64,000 bases of DNA, from positions 6,019 through 70,018 of the forward strand of contig CAKTZR010000013.1 in NCBI GenBank assembly GCA_934636105.1, given 5' to 3'. The notes beneath the pieces were generated by a model, which did not search any database, was not told where the DNA came from, and worked only from the letters and a program-made list of their open reading frames with translations. This DNA is from an uncultured Clostridia bacterium. GTDB taxonomy: Bacteria > Bacillota > Clostridia > Christensenellales > Aristaeellaceae. A program made the position numbers and the translations under genes. This document shows, piece after piece, positions 27,192-35,255 of the stretch. Numbering within the stretch: the stretch's first letter is position 1; every line of letters begins with the position of its first letter.

Positions 27192-28547
27192 ATGACGGGG
27201 CGAGAACGGCAGGCCGCCGTGGATATGACGCGGGGCAGCCCGGTGAAGCTCATTTTGCAGTTCACGCTGCCGCTGCTCATCGGGCAGCTGATGCAGCAGA
27301 TTTATACCCTGACCGACACGATGATTACGGGGCATTTCATCGGCGACGCGGCGATTGCGGCCATCGGCGCATCCACGTCGCTCAACGACCTGATGATTAA
27401 CTTTGCCAACGGCATGTGCAACGGCTGCGGCATCATCATCGGCCAGCTTTACGGCGCGCAGAAGATCGACAAACTGCGCCGCGCGACGGCCGTGATGCTG
27501 ATGTTCAGCGTCGGGCTGGGGCTGCTGCTGACGCTGGGCGTGGTGATCGGCATCGAGCCGCTGATGCGCCTGCTCAACACGCCGGAGAGCGTCTTTGACG
27601 AGGCGCTGCGCTATGCGGCGATCGTCTGCGGCGGCATCGGCGTGACCATTTTGTATAACATGTGCGCCAGCTTCATGCGTTCGCTGGGTAACGGACGCAT
27701 GCCGCTCGTGTTTCTGACGATCTCCTGCGTGCTCAACATCGCGCTGGATACGCTGTTCGTCGTCGTGCTGCATATCGGCGTGGTGGGAACGGCGCTGGCG
27801 ACGCTGATTGCGCAGTGCATTTCGGCGCTGCTGAGCATGGTCTATATCGCGCATGCGTTTAAGCCGTTTCTGCCTAAAAAGACGGATTTCCGTGCGCCGG
27901 GCAGTTTGTGGGCGCAGATGGCGGCTTCCGGCCTGTCGATGGGGCTGATGAACTCGGTCTATGCGCTCGGTTCGCTGACCATGCAGAGCGCCATCAACAC
28001 GCTGGGCGAAACCGTGATGGCGGCGCACACCAGCGCCAGACGCATTTTGAGCCTGACGGGTGCGCCGATGAGCAACCTCGGCACGGCAGGCGCGGTCTTC
28101 ATCAGCCAGAACTGCGGCGCGCAGGCGTATGACCGCGTGAAGAAGGGGCTCAACCGCACCATCCTGATGGCGCTGATCTGGGAAGCAGGCGCTATGGTCG
28201 TCATGGTTACGCTGGGGCCGGAGCTGCTGCGGCTGCTCATCGGCACGAGCAACGCCGAGCTGCTGCACTATGGCACGATGTCCCTGCGGGCGAGCGCGAC
28301 GCTGTTCCTGCCGCTGGCGTATCTGGTCACGATGCGGCAGGCGATGCAGGCGCTGGGGCTGCACGTCGTGCCGGTGGTTTCCTCGTGCATCGAGCTGGTG
28401 ATGAAGATTGCGGCGGCGTTTGCCGTTGTGCCGCGCTTCGGCTATGCGGGCGCATGCTGGGTGGAACCGGCAACGTGGCTGGCCTGCTGCGTGTTTTTAG
28501 CCATTCAGTATATGACGCATCGAAAGCAGATTCTGCATCTTCAATAA
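27192..28547 (+). CDS. MATE-family efflux transporter
   Basis: 451 aa with 12 predicted TM segments. The N-terminus (MTRGSPVKLILQFTLPLLIGQLMQQIYTLTDTMITGHFIG) is the classic MATE/NorM opening. Confidence 0.9.
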   Translation: MTGRERQAAVDMTRGSPVKLILQFTLPLLIGQLMQQIYTLTDTMITGHFIGDAAIAAIGASTSLNDLMINFANGMCNGCGIIIGQLYGAQKIDKLRRATAVMLMFSVGLGLLLTLGVVIGIEPLMRLLNTPESVFDEALRYAAIVCGGIGVTILYNMCASFMRSLGNGRMPLVFLTISCVLNIALDTLFVVVLHIGVVGTALATLIAQCISALLSMVYIAHAFKPFLPKKTDFRAPGSLWAQMAASGLSMGLMNSVYALGSLTMQSAINTLGETVMAAHTSARRILSLTGAPMSNLGTAGAVFISQNCGAQAYDRVKKGLNRTILMALIWEAGAMVVMVTLGPELLRLLIGTSNAELLHYGTMSLRASATLFLPLAYLVTMRQAMQALGLHVVPVVSSCIELVMKIAAAFAVVPRFGYAGACWVEPATWLACCVFLAIQYMTHRKQILHLQ

Positions 28548-28550
28548 AGC

Positions 28551-28594
28551 AAGCCGCCGGTCAGCTGGTCCCTGATCGGCGGCTTTCGCTTTTT
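28551..28594 (+). terminator. Rho-independent terminator after the MATE gene
   Basis: AAGCCGCCGGTCAG ...7 nt... CTGATCGGCGGCTT followed by TCGCTTTTT. Confidence 0.7.
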
Positions 28595-28784
28595 CCTTGT
28601 TGAACGAGCGGGAGAACTGGATCTAAACAGCTCCTCGTCTGTTCATATTGCAGCATTTTTCTGACCGTGCGTCAAGCACGGTTATTTTTATGGCTTTCAA
28701 TATGCTTTTGAACGACAAAAAAGGTTTATATCGCCTTTTGATTTGTAAAAAATACAAAATAAACGACGAATTATTGTAATTTTG

Positions 28785-28813
28785 TTGACTTGAAGACTGA
28801 ATGGGTGTAAGAT
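28785..28813 (+). promoter_or_regulatory. Sigma-A-type promoter candidate for the amino-acid ABC operon
   Basis: TTGACT, 17 nt, TAAGAT, inside an AT-rich spacer about 60 nt upstream of the ATG at 28873. Confidence 0.45.
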
Positions 28814-28872
28814 AAACGCATTCCAAAGGAAACCCAGTTGACAGACCCCATGAGGTCGGAGAGGATACAAAT

Positions 28873-29673
28873 ATGAAGAAGATGCTGGTTCTGGCCCTGA
28901 CGATGGCCATGGTTCTGCTCGCGGCGGCGGGCGTTTGCGAGACCCTGCGCGTGGGCATGGAGTGCAACTACGCGCCGTACAACTGGACGCAGAGCGACGC
29001 GAGCGAAAACGCGGTGGCGATTGCGGCGGGCGGCTATGCGGACGGTTACGATGTGCGCATCGCGAAGATCATCGCCGACAAGCTTGGCATGGATCTTGAG
29101 ATTGTCAAGACCGAGTGGGACGGCCTGACCCCGGCGCTGCTCTCCGGCAACATCGACGTGATTATCGCCGGCATGAGCCCGACCGCCGAGCGCAAGATGA
29201 CTATCGATTTCACCGATTCCTACTATGACACCGAGCTGACCGTTGTCGTCCGCAAGGACAGCGCGTTCGCTTCCGCCAAGAGCCTGGCCGATCTGGCGGG
29301 CGCGAAGATCACCGGACAGATGAGCACGTTCCACTATGACATGATCGACCAGATCGAGGGCGCAACCAAGATGCCCGCAATGGAGACTTTCCCGACGATG
29401 ATCGTTGCGGTTTCTTCCGGCGCGATTGACGGCTATGTGGCCGACCGTCCCGGCGCGGTCTCCGCGACCTCCGCGAACCCGGATTTGACATATGTCACCT
29501 TCGACGAGGGCCAGGGCTTCACCGTTTCCCCGGACGATGCGCAGATTGCTGTCGGCGTGCGTCAGGGCAGCGAGCTGAAGGAGCAGATCAACGAGATTCT
29601 CGCGGGCATTTCCGCCGAGGAGCGCAACGCCATCATGGATGCGGTTGTGCTGGATCAGCCGCTGAGCGAGTAA
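28873..29673 (+). CDS. Polar amino-acid ABC transporter substrate-binding protein (family 3)
   Basis: 266 aa. Signal peptide. Contains LRVGMECNYAPYNW... and DVIIAGMSPTAERK, typical of SBP_bac_3. Confidence 0.9.
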   Translation: MKKMLVLALTMAMVLLAAAGVCETLRVGMECNYAPYNWTQSDASENAVAIAAGGYADGYDVRIAKIIADKLGMDLEIVKTEWDGLTPALLSGNIDVIIAGMSPTAERKMTIDFTDSYYDTELTVVVRKDSAFASAKSLADLAGAKITGQMSTFHYDMIDQIEGATKMPAMETFPTMIVAVSSGAIDGYVADRPGAVSATSANPDLTYVTFDEGQGFTVSPDDAQIAVGVRQGSELKEQINEILAGISAEERNAIMDAVVLDQPLSE

Positions 29674-29690
29674 TCAAGCGCTAAACAAGA

Positions 29691-29717
29691 CTGTCGGGCA
29701 ACCGACAGCCTTTTTAT
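29691..29717 (+). terminator. Hairpin terminator/attenuator after the SBP gene
   Basis: CTGTCGG GCAA CCGACAG followed by CCTTTTTAT. Confidence 0.6.
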
Positions 29718-29734
29718 GCACTGTTAGGGAGACG

Positions 29735-29931
29735 TTGGGGCGCAGCCCCAAGCCCCGGCAGGGAACTGAGTTCCCTGCACCTTCCGCTTATTGATTGCTG
29801 ACGCAATCAATGGAAGAAGGATTTAGTTTCATTGATAACATTTATCGCGCAGCGATAAATGAGGAGGGAAGTCCAGAAACCTCAGGTTTCTGGCGGGGTT
29901 CGGGGCGGCGCCCCGACGTACCCCAAAGGAG
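29735..29931 (+). repeat. Modular hairpin repeat (BIME/REP-like), longest copy (six consecutive stem-loops)
   Basis: The hairpins are TTGGGGC-GCA-GCCCCAA, CAGGGAAC-TGA-GTTCCCTG, TTGATTGC-TGAC-GCAATCAA, TTTATCGC-GCA-GCGATAAA, CCAGAAACC-TCA-GGTTTCTGG and TCGGGGC-GGC-GCCCCGA. The element ends in CCCCAAAGGAG, which serves as the SD for the permease ATG at 29938. It is colinear with the copy at 46651-46798. Confidence 0.85.
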
Positions 29932-29937
29932 AAAAAA

Positions 29938-30768
29938 ATGCCGAACGCTTCAACATCTTTCTTTGGCTGGGTTGCCTTTTTGCTGCAAAAATATGGCATG
30001 CTGTTCCTGCGCGGAACGGGCATGACCCTGCTTATCGCGCTGACGGGTACGGCGCTGGGCTTCGCGCTCGGCCTGCTCGTGGCCATCATCCGCACCATCG
30101 CGCTGCCGGAAAAGAAGAAAACCGGCTCCAATACCGGCGTGGTGATCCGCCGCGCGCTGCTTCAATTCGTGCAGCTGCTGATGAACGTCTATATTCAGGT
30201 GTTCCGCGGCACGCCGATGATCGTGCAGGCCGTCGTCATCTACTACGGCGCGCAGTACGCGGGTGTGTTCATGGATACGACCTTCGCGGCGATCTTCATT
30301 ATCTCCATCAACACCGGCGCATATATGGCCGAAATCATCCGCGGCGGCATTGTCTCCGTCGATAAAGGCCAGTTCGAGGCCGCGCACGCCATCGGCATGA
30401 CCCATTGGCAGACCATGACGACCGTCGTTCTGCCGCAGGCCATCCGCAATATCCTCCCGTCCGTCGGCAACGAGCTGATTGTCAACATCAAGGATTCCAG
30501 CGTGTTGAACGTCATCTCCGTGTCCGAGCTGTTCTTCCAGGCCAAGAGCGCCGCGGGCACGTACTACCGCTATTTTGAGGTCTATTTCATCATTGCGGTG
30601 ATTTACCTCATTCTGACGCTGACCGTCAGCCGCATTCTGCGTGCGGTGGAAAAGAAGATGGACGGCCCGGATAACTACGTCATTCACGGCTCGCAGAGCG
30701 ACAGCCGCGCGGATATCAAGGTATCCGTCGAAAACGAAAAGGAGGCCGTCAAGAGATGGAACGCGTGA
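29938..30768 (+). CDS. Polar amino-acid ABC transporter permease
   Basis: 276 aa. HisM/GlnP-type EAA region ([43 protein letters not shown]). Confidence 0.9.
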   Translation: MPNASTSFFGWVAFLLQKYGMLFLRGTGMTLLIALTGTALGFALGLLVAIIRTIALPEKKKTGSNTGVVIRRALLQFVQLLMNVYIQVFRGTPMIVQAVVIYYGAQYAGVFMDTTFAAIFIISINTGAYMAEIIRGGIVSVDKGQFEAAHAIGMTHWQTMTTVVLPQAIRNILPSVGNELIVNIKDSSVLNVISVSELFFQAKSAAGTYYRYFEVYFIIAVIYLILTLTVSRILRAVEKKMDGPDNYVIHGSQSDSRADIKVSVENEKEAVKRWNA

Positions 30769-31487
30769 TTGAGGTTAAGGGCATCAAGAAAGCTTTTGGC
30801 GACCATGAAGTGCTCAAGGGCGTGGATTTTGCCGCCAACAAGGGCGAAGTGACCTGCATCATCGGTTCTTCCGGTTCGGGCAAATCGACGCTGCTGCGCT
30901 GCATCAATCTGCTCGAAACCCCGGACGAGGGGCAGATCCTTTACCACGGCGAGGACATCCTCTCCGGCACGGTCAACATGCCGCGCTATCATGCCAAGGT
31001 CGGCATGGTGTTTCAGCAGTTTAATCTGTTCGGCAATATGGATGTGCTGAACAACTGCGTTACCGGACAGATGAAGGTACTCCATCGTACCCGCGAAGAA
31101 AGCGTCGAAAACGCGATGAAGTACCTCAAAAAAGTCGGCATGGATGCGTATATCAACGCCAAGCCGCGCCAGCTTTCCGGCGGCCAGAAGCAGCGCGTCG
31201 CCATCGCCCGCGCACTGGCGATGGATCCGGAGGTCATCCTCTTTGACGAGCCGACGAGCGCGCTTGACCCGGAGATGGTCGGCGAGGTGCTCTCCGTCAT
31301 GCAGAATCTGGCGCAGGAGGGCCTGACGATGCTGGTCGTTACGCATGAAATGGGCTTCGCCCGCGCGGTGGCCAGCGAAGTGGTGTTTATGGACCAGGGC
31401 GTGATCTGTGAACACGGCAATCCCAAGGATGTGCTCGGCGCGCCGAAAACCGAACGGCTCAAGGCGTTTCTGGCGAGTATGCTGTAA
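30756..31487 (+). CDS. Polar amino-acid ABC transporter ATP-binding protein (GlnQ-like)
   Basis: 243 aa. Walker [10 protein letters not shown], signature [15 protein letters not shown], Walker [12 protein letters not shown] and H-loop THEM. 13-nt overlap with the permease gene. Confidence 0.94.
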   Translation: MERVIEVKGIKKAFGDHEVLKGVDFAANKGEVTCIIGSSGSGKSTLLRCINLLETPDEGQILYHGEDILSGTVNMPRYHAKVGMVFQQFNLFGNMDVLNNCVTGQMKVLHRTREESVENAMKYLKKVGMDAYINAKPRQLSGGQKQRVAIARALAMDPEVILFDEPTSALDPEMVGEVLSVMQNLAQEGLTMLVVTHEMGFARAVASEVVFMDQGVICEHGNPKDVLGAPKTERLKAFLASML

Positions 31488-31500
31488 AAGCGAATACGCG

Positions 31501-31535
31501 GCGCTTTCCCGAAAAAACGGGAGGGCGCTTTTTTT
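31501..31535 (+). terminator. Rho-independent terminator of the amino-acid ABC operon
   Basis: GCGCTTTCCCG AAAAAA CGGGAGGGCGC (G-U pairs) followed by TTTTTTT. Confidence 0.7.
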
Positions 31536-31609
31536 GGCATGATGATCATTGCGCCTGTTATCAGAAATTTTGCAGAATTTCGGATTCGCGAAGAACCGAA
31601 TAAAACGGA

Positions 31610-31638
31610 TTGAAAAAAGAATGTCGATATGCTATGAT
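31610..31638 (+). promoter_or_regulatory. Sigma-A-type promoter (extended -10) of the LPXTG surface-protein gene
   Basis: TTGAAA, 17 nt, TATGAT with TGC immediately upstream of the -10. Confidence 0.55.
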
Positions 31639-31701
31639 ATTCGTATCTATTTTGTCGGCTGTATATAGGAAAACAATGAACCGAAGGAAAGGCGGAAAGC
31701 T

Positions 31702-33861
31702 GTGAACGGGAAGATTTGGAAGGCACTGGGCATAGCGGTCTGTATGCTGGCGCTGGCGGCGCCGCACGCTATGGCGGAGACGATTACGCATACGGTCACG
31801 GCTGATACTCATTTTGCCGATGTGGTTAAAAATATTAACGCATCCGGCGTTGATGATGAAAACGTGATCGAATTGTGTGCGGATATCACCTTGACAGGCA
31901 ACCATACATTGAAGCGCAACACGACCATCAAGAGCAAGGACGAAGATCGTAAGATTTCCATTAATGGTTCGAACGCAGGAATTACGGTGGCAGGAGAAGG
32001 AACTGTCCTGAATTTGGGCGCGAAAGGTTACGACAAAAAGCTGACGATTGAAGGAGATGGAGATGCAAAAATACAGGTTGCCTTTGTAACTGTATCAGAA
32101 GGGGCAACCGCGAATATGTACGAGAATGTGACGCTGCAAAATAGGAAGTCTACGGGCAACGCCTGCATAGTGATTATGGGTTCGAAGTCAGTTTTTAACA
32201 TGCGTGGCGGCGTAATTAAAAAGTGTAGCCGCGCAGTAATTGCTGATTCGGGGGCAACAGTCCGTATGCTGGGCGGCAGGATTGAAGATTGTAAGGTAGA
32301 TGGTGACGGCGTCATCCGTGTTAATGACAACTCAAAATTTGTCATGGAGGACGGCACAATCAGCGGATGTTGTACGACAGTAAATGGTTTTGGCGGCGGT
32401 TTGTATGCAACAAAATCTTCAACCATCACCATCAGCAACGGCACAATCAGCGAATGTGAGGCAGGTACGGGAGGCGGTTTGTATGCGGACAATTCAACCA
32501 TCACCATCAGCGGCGGCACCATCAGCAAATGCAGGACAGTGATAAATAATGGCGGCGGTTTGTATGCAATTAATTCTTCAACCATCACCATCAGCGGCGG
32601 CACAATCAGCGAATGTGAGGCATCGTCAAATAATGGCGGCGGTTTGTATGCGGACAATTCAACCATCGAAATCAGCGACGGCACCATCAGCGGATGTAAG
32701 GGGGTATGGGGCGGCGGTTTGTATGCAGGAAATTCTTCAACCATCGAAATCAGCGGCGGCACAATCAGCGGATGTACGGTAGGTGCGGGCGGCGGTTTGT
32801 TTGTGGATAGTTCAACCGTCAGAATCAGCGGCGGCATAATCAGCGGATGTATTACGTCAGATACAGGTAATGGCGGCGGTTTATATGCAAATAATTCAAC
32901 CATCAAAATCACCGGCGGCAGAATCGAAAACAACAAAGCAGCACATGGCGGCGGTGTGGCGCTGATCGGCAAAACAACGTTTGAAAAACCAATAACAAAC
33001 TGGACGGTTATTGGCAATGAAGCGTATGCAACCGGCGGTGTCGGCGGCGGTATTAAGTTGGAAAATGGGTCGATGGATGTTTCCGCCGGATCAAACCGGA
33101 TTTACAACAATACGGCAGGCGGACAAGGCGCGGATATTTTTCTGCTTAATGATAGTTCTACAATCAAACTGCCCAACGCCGCGAACATGTATCACGACAG
33201 CAGCATAAACATTGACGGCTGGTATAAGGACGACAATCCGCGATATACGCCCTCTAAAGACGGCAAGGCTGTGACATCGCTGCAGCTAAGCGGCCCATTG
33301 TCGCTCGTTGCTTCGTATAAAGCAAGCCCGGTGCACATCGAAATCGACAAGAACGGCGGCGAAGGCGGAAGCAGCAGCCAAACGGTGCAAAAGGGCACGA
33401 CCGTCACCCTCGAAGCGCCAACAAAGGAAGGGCATCTGTTTACAGGCTGGGAGGACGAGAAGGGGAACAGCTATCCGGCCGGAGCCGACGGAAAAGTCAA
33501 CATCACCGTCAATGAAGATATGAAACTCACGGCTGTTTGGGAAGCCCGGACGTTCACGGTTACATACGTCCTGCTGGACGGCAAAACGCGGACGGAAACG
33601 GTGGCTTACGGCCAAAAGCTGACGCTTGGCGAAGAACCGCGAACCGGCTATACCTTCGTCGGCTGGAAGGACGGCGAGAAGATGTACCACGCGGGCGAAA
33701 CGATCACCGTCACGGAGGACAAGACGCTCACGGCGGAGTGGAAAAAGCTCCCCAGCGCGGAAAACCTGCCGAAGACAGGCGACGAAAGCCCCGTTCTGCT
33801 TTGGAGCGCGGTGCTGGCGGTTTCCGCTGCGGCCGGTTTCATGCTCAAGCGTAAAAAGTAA
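31702..33861 (+). CDS. LPXTG-anchored surface protein with parallel beta-helix-type repeats and Listeria-Bacteroides (InlB-B-like) repeat domains
   Basis: 719 aa with a GTG start. Signal peptide (...LAAPHAMA/E). About 7 tandem units of 26-28 aa (GGGLYA.NSTITISGGTISxC...). Two units of the ...GHLFTGWEDEKGNSY / ...GYTFVGWKDGEKMY type. C-terminal LPKTG plus a hydrophobic stretch plus KRKK. Confidence 0.85.
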   Translation: MNGKIWKALGIAVCMLALAAPHAMAETITHTVTADTHFADVVKNINASGVDDENVIELCADITLTGNHTLKRNTTIKSKDEDRKISINGSNAGITVAGEGTVLNLGAKGYDKKLTIEGDGDAKIQVAFVTVSEGATANMYENVTLQNRKSTGNACIVIMGSKSVFNMRGGVIKKCSRAVIADSGATVRMLGGRIEDCKVDGDGVIRVNDNSKFVMEDGTISGCCTTVNGFGGGLYATKSSTITISNGTISECEAGTGGGLYADNSTITISGGTISKCRTVINNGGGLYAINSSTITISGGTISECEASSNNGGGLYADNSTIEISDGTISGCKGVWGGGLYAGNSSTIEISGGTISGCTVGAGGGLFVDSSTVRISGGIISGCITSDTGNGGGLYANNSTIKITGGRIENNKAAHGGGVALIGKTTFEKPITNWTVIGNEAYATGGVGGGIKLENGSMDVSAGSNRIYNNTAGGQGADIFLLNDSSTIKLPNAANMYHDSSINIDGWYKDDNPRYTPSKDGKAVTSLQLSGPLSLVASYKASPVHIEIDKNGGEGGSSSQTVQKGTTVTLEAPTKEGHLFTGWEDEKGNSYPAGADGKVNITVNEDMKLTAVWEARTFTVTYVLLDGKTRTETVAYGQKLTLGEEPRTGYTFVGWKDGEKMYHAGETITVTEDKTLTAEWKKLPSAENLPKTGDESPVLLWSAVLAVSAAAGFMLKRKK
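32350..32960 (+). repeat. In-frame tandem coding repeat (period ~78-84 nt, ~7 units) inside the LPXTG gene
   Basis: GGCGGCGGTTTGTATGC recurs near 32392, 32473, 32551, 32636, 32711, 32790 and 32873. It encodes the GGGLYA...ISGGTISxC units. Confidence 0.85.
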
Positions 33862-33870
33862 ATGAAACAT

Positions 33871-33906
33871 AAAACGAGCACGCAAAAAAATGCGTACTCG
33901 TTTTTG
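33871..33906 (+). terminator. Rho-independent terminator of the LPXTG gene
   Basis: AAAACGAGCACGCA AAAAAA TGCGTACTCGTTTT (one mismatch) plus a T-run. Confidence 0.7.
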
Positions 33907-33943
33907 CTTATGGAAAGAGGGCTGACCTTTCGGCACTTTATGG

Positions 33944-33972
33944 TTGCATTTTAGAGCAAGGGAGGGTAGAAT
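33944..33972 (+). promoter_or_regulatory. Sigma-A-type promoter candidate for the LysR-family gene
   Basis: TTGCAT, 17 nt, TAGAAT. The predicted transcription start near 33980 argues for the ATG at 34013 rather than 33992 as the start codon. Confidence 0.45.
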
Positions 33973-34012
33973 ATAGATAGATTCTTAACGAATGCAAAAG
34001 GACAGGACAGCC

Positions 34013-34954
34013 ATGGATACCAAGCAGCTTTTGACCATGATTACGCTCTCCCAGACGCTGAACTATCAAAAGGCGGCGGAGCAGCTGCAATATGCGCCCA
34101 GCACGCTTTTTAAGCATATCCAGATGCTTGAGCAGGAGGTCGGCGCGCCGCTTTTCTGCAAAACGGGCCGTCAGCTGGCGCTGACCCCGCAGGGAGAGGC
34201 GTTTCTGGTGCATGCCAACCGCATGGTGGAGCATTATTATCTGGCGCTGGACAGCGTCTGCCCGGCGGAAAAGCTGGAGGGCAGCATCACCGTCGGCGGA
34301 TGCGAGATCAACATCGGCAACAGTCTGCTGAATCTGTTTGATCAATTCCACGCGATACACGGCGAGACGCGGCTTAATATGATGATGACGCACAACGCGG
34401 GCGTTCCGGCGCTGATCCGGTCGGATATGCTGGATATCGGCTTCTTTTATACCACGCGCCCCGGCGCGGTCAGCGGGCTGCGGGTCGTGCCGCTGTATCG
34501 CGAGCCGGTCTATATGATGGTTTCGTGGGATCATCCGCTGGCGCAGAAGAAGGGGCTGAAATATGACGCGCTGGAGGGCATGCAGTTCATGTATCCGCAC
34601 GATACCTGCTGCTTTGTCGGCGAGTTTCTGCCGATGATGGAGAAAATGGGCGTGCATCTGGGCAAGACGACGTTCTTAGGCGGCGTTCAGCTGGTGGTGG
34701 AGCAGGTGCGCCGGGAGGGCGCGATGACGCTTGCGCCGCACTGCGCCGCGCAGCATTACCACGACGCCTACGGACTGGTGAAGCTGGACATGGACGAAGA
34801 ACCCATCTGGGCGTGGGAAAACATTGTCTATAAAAATTATGAGACGCTCAAGCCTGCTGCCCGCGCGCTGGCCAGAAGCAGCGCGGTGTATGCCGACGAC
34901 CTTGTGAAAAAGGATACGACAGGGTGGATTATACGGCCGGAGGGGAAGGCGTAA
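34013..34954 (+). CDS. LysR-family transcriptional regulator
   Basis: 313 aa from MDTKQLLTMITLSQTLNYQKAAEQLQYAPSTLFKHIQMLEQEVGAPLF (a typical LysR wHTH). It has a substrate-binding domain after the HTH. An alternative start at 33992 is possible. Confidence 0.88.
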   Translation: MDTKQLLTMITLSQTLNYQKAAEQLQYAPSTLFKHIQMLEQEVGAPLFCKTGRQLALTPQGEAFLVHANRMVEHYYLALDSVCPAEKLEGSITVGGCEINIGNSLLNLFDQFHAIHGETRLNMMMTHNAGVPALIRSDMLDIGFFYTTRPGAVSGLRVVPLYREPVYMMVSWDHPLAQKKGLKYDALEGMQFMYPHDTCCFVGEFLPMMEKMGVHLGKTTFLGGVQLVVEQVRREGAMTLAPHCAAQHYHDAYGLVKLDMDEEPIWAWENIVYKNYETLKPAARALARSSAVYADDLVKKDTTGWIIRPEGKA

Positions 34955-34956
34955 AA

Positions 34957-35000
34957 AAGCCGCCGATCAGAGGATAGGCTGACCGGCGGTTCGCTTTTAT
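34957..35000 (+). terminator. Rho-independent terminator after the LysR gene
   Basis: AAGCCGCCGATCAG ...8 nt... CTGACCGGCGGTT followed by CGCTTTTAT. It is a near-twin of the terminator at 28551. Confidence 0.65.
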
Positions 35001-35255
35001 TTGTCATTTCTTTTTTCTGCCATGTACAGTAGCATGAGACGATGCTTGACAAAACGCAGATTTTGAATGCGCAGATCAAGCCGCCATACTTTAAAAAGCA
35101 GGGCAAAAATGAAGAAAACATCAGACGATTCGTTAAATTTCTGTTTTTCGAATGATTCATTTCCTCCTTTCGAGTGCTCAAACGTATAAAATCATGTACA
35201 ATGATGTCAAGGAAATTCCGAACGTGTGAAACGTAGGAAAGGAGAAAAAAGAAGA

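Noticed and set aside
13102-28364. Long minus-strand ORFs across the sugar/phosphoesterase locus (13102-14568, 16433-17416, 17214-18260, 18911-21169, 21558-24128, 24184-25539, 26319-28364)
   Set aside because: All are high-GC shadow ORFs opposite well-supported plus-strand genes. They have no start context and compositionally biased (R/A/H/G/Q) translations.
28623-29334. Minus ORFs 28623-28967 and 28771-29334 upstream of or over the amino-acid SBP gene
   Set aside because: They overlap a well-supported plus-strand SBP gene and its promoter spacer, and have no start context. A hairpin plus T-run at 28664-28690 (ACCGTGC-GTCAA-GCACGGT-TATTTTT) was noted but has no assignable upstream gene.
29859-30365. 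ORFs or N-terminal extensions starting inside repeats (29859-30365, 38985 start of rbgA, 39977 start of rnhB, 46763, 52302, 52406, 55189)
   Set aside because: Their first residues (…QKPQVSGG…, …RVWGGSPKEG…, MGGSPKEL…, …EIQEPQVLGG(V/D)WGKAPK…) are translations of the repeat itself. The true starts lie downstream, directly after the repeat-borne SD.
32350-32960. Regular ~80-nt periodic repeats, checked as a possible CRISPR array
   Set aside because: The repeats are in-frame codons of the LPXTG protein (GGGLYA...ISGGTIS units) with no unique spacers. There is no leader and no cas genes. It is a coding tandem repeat.
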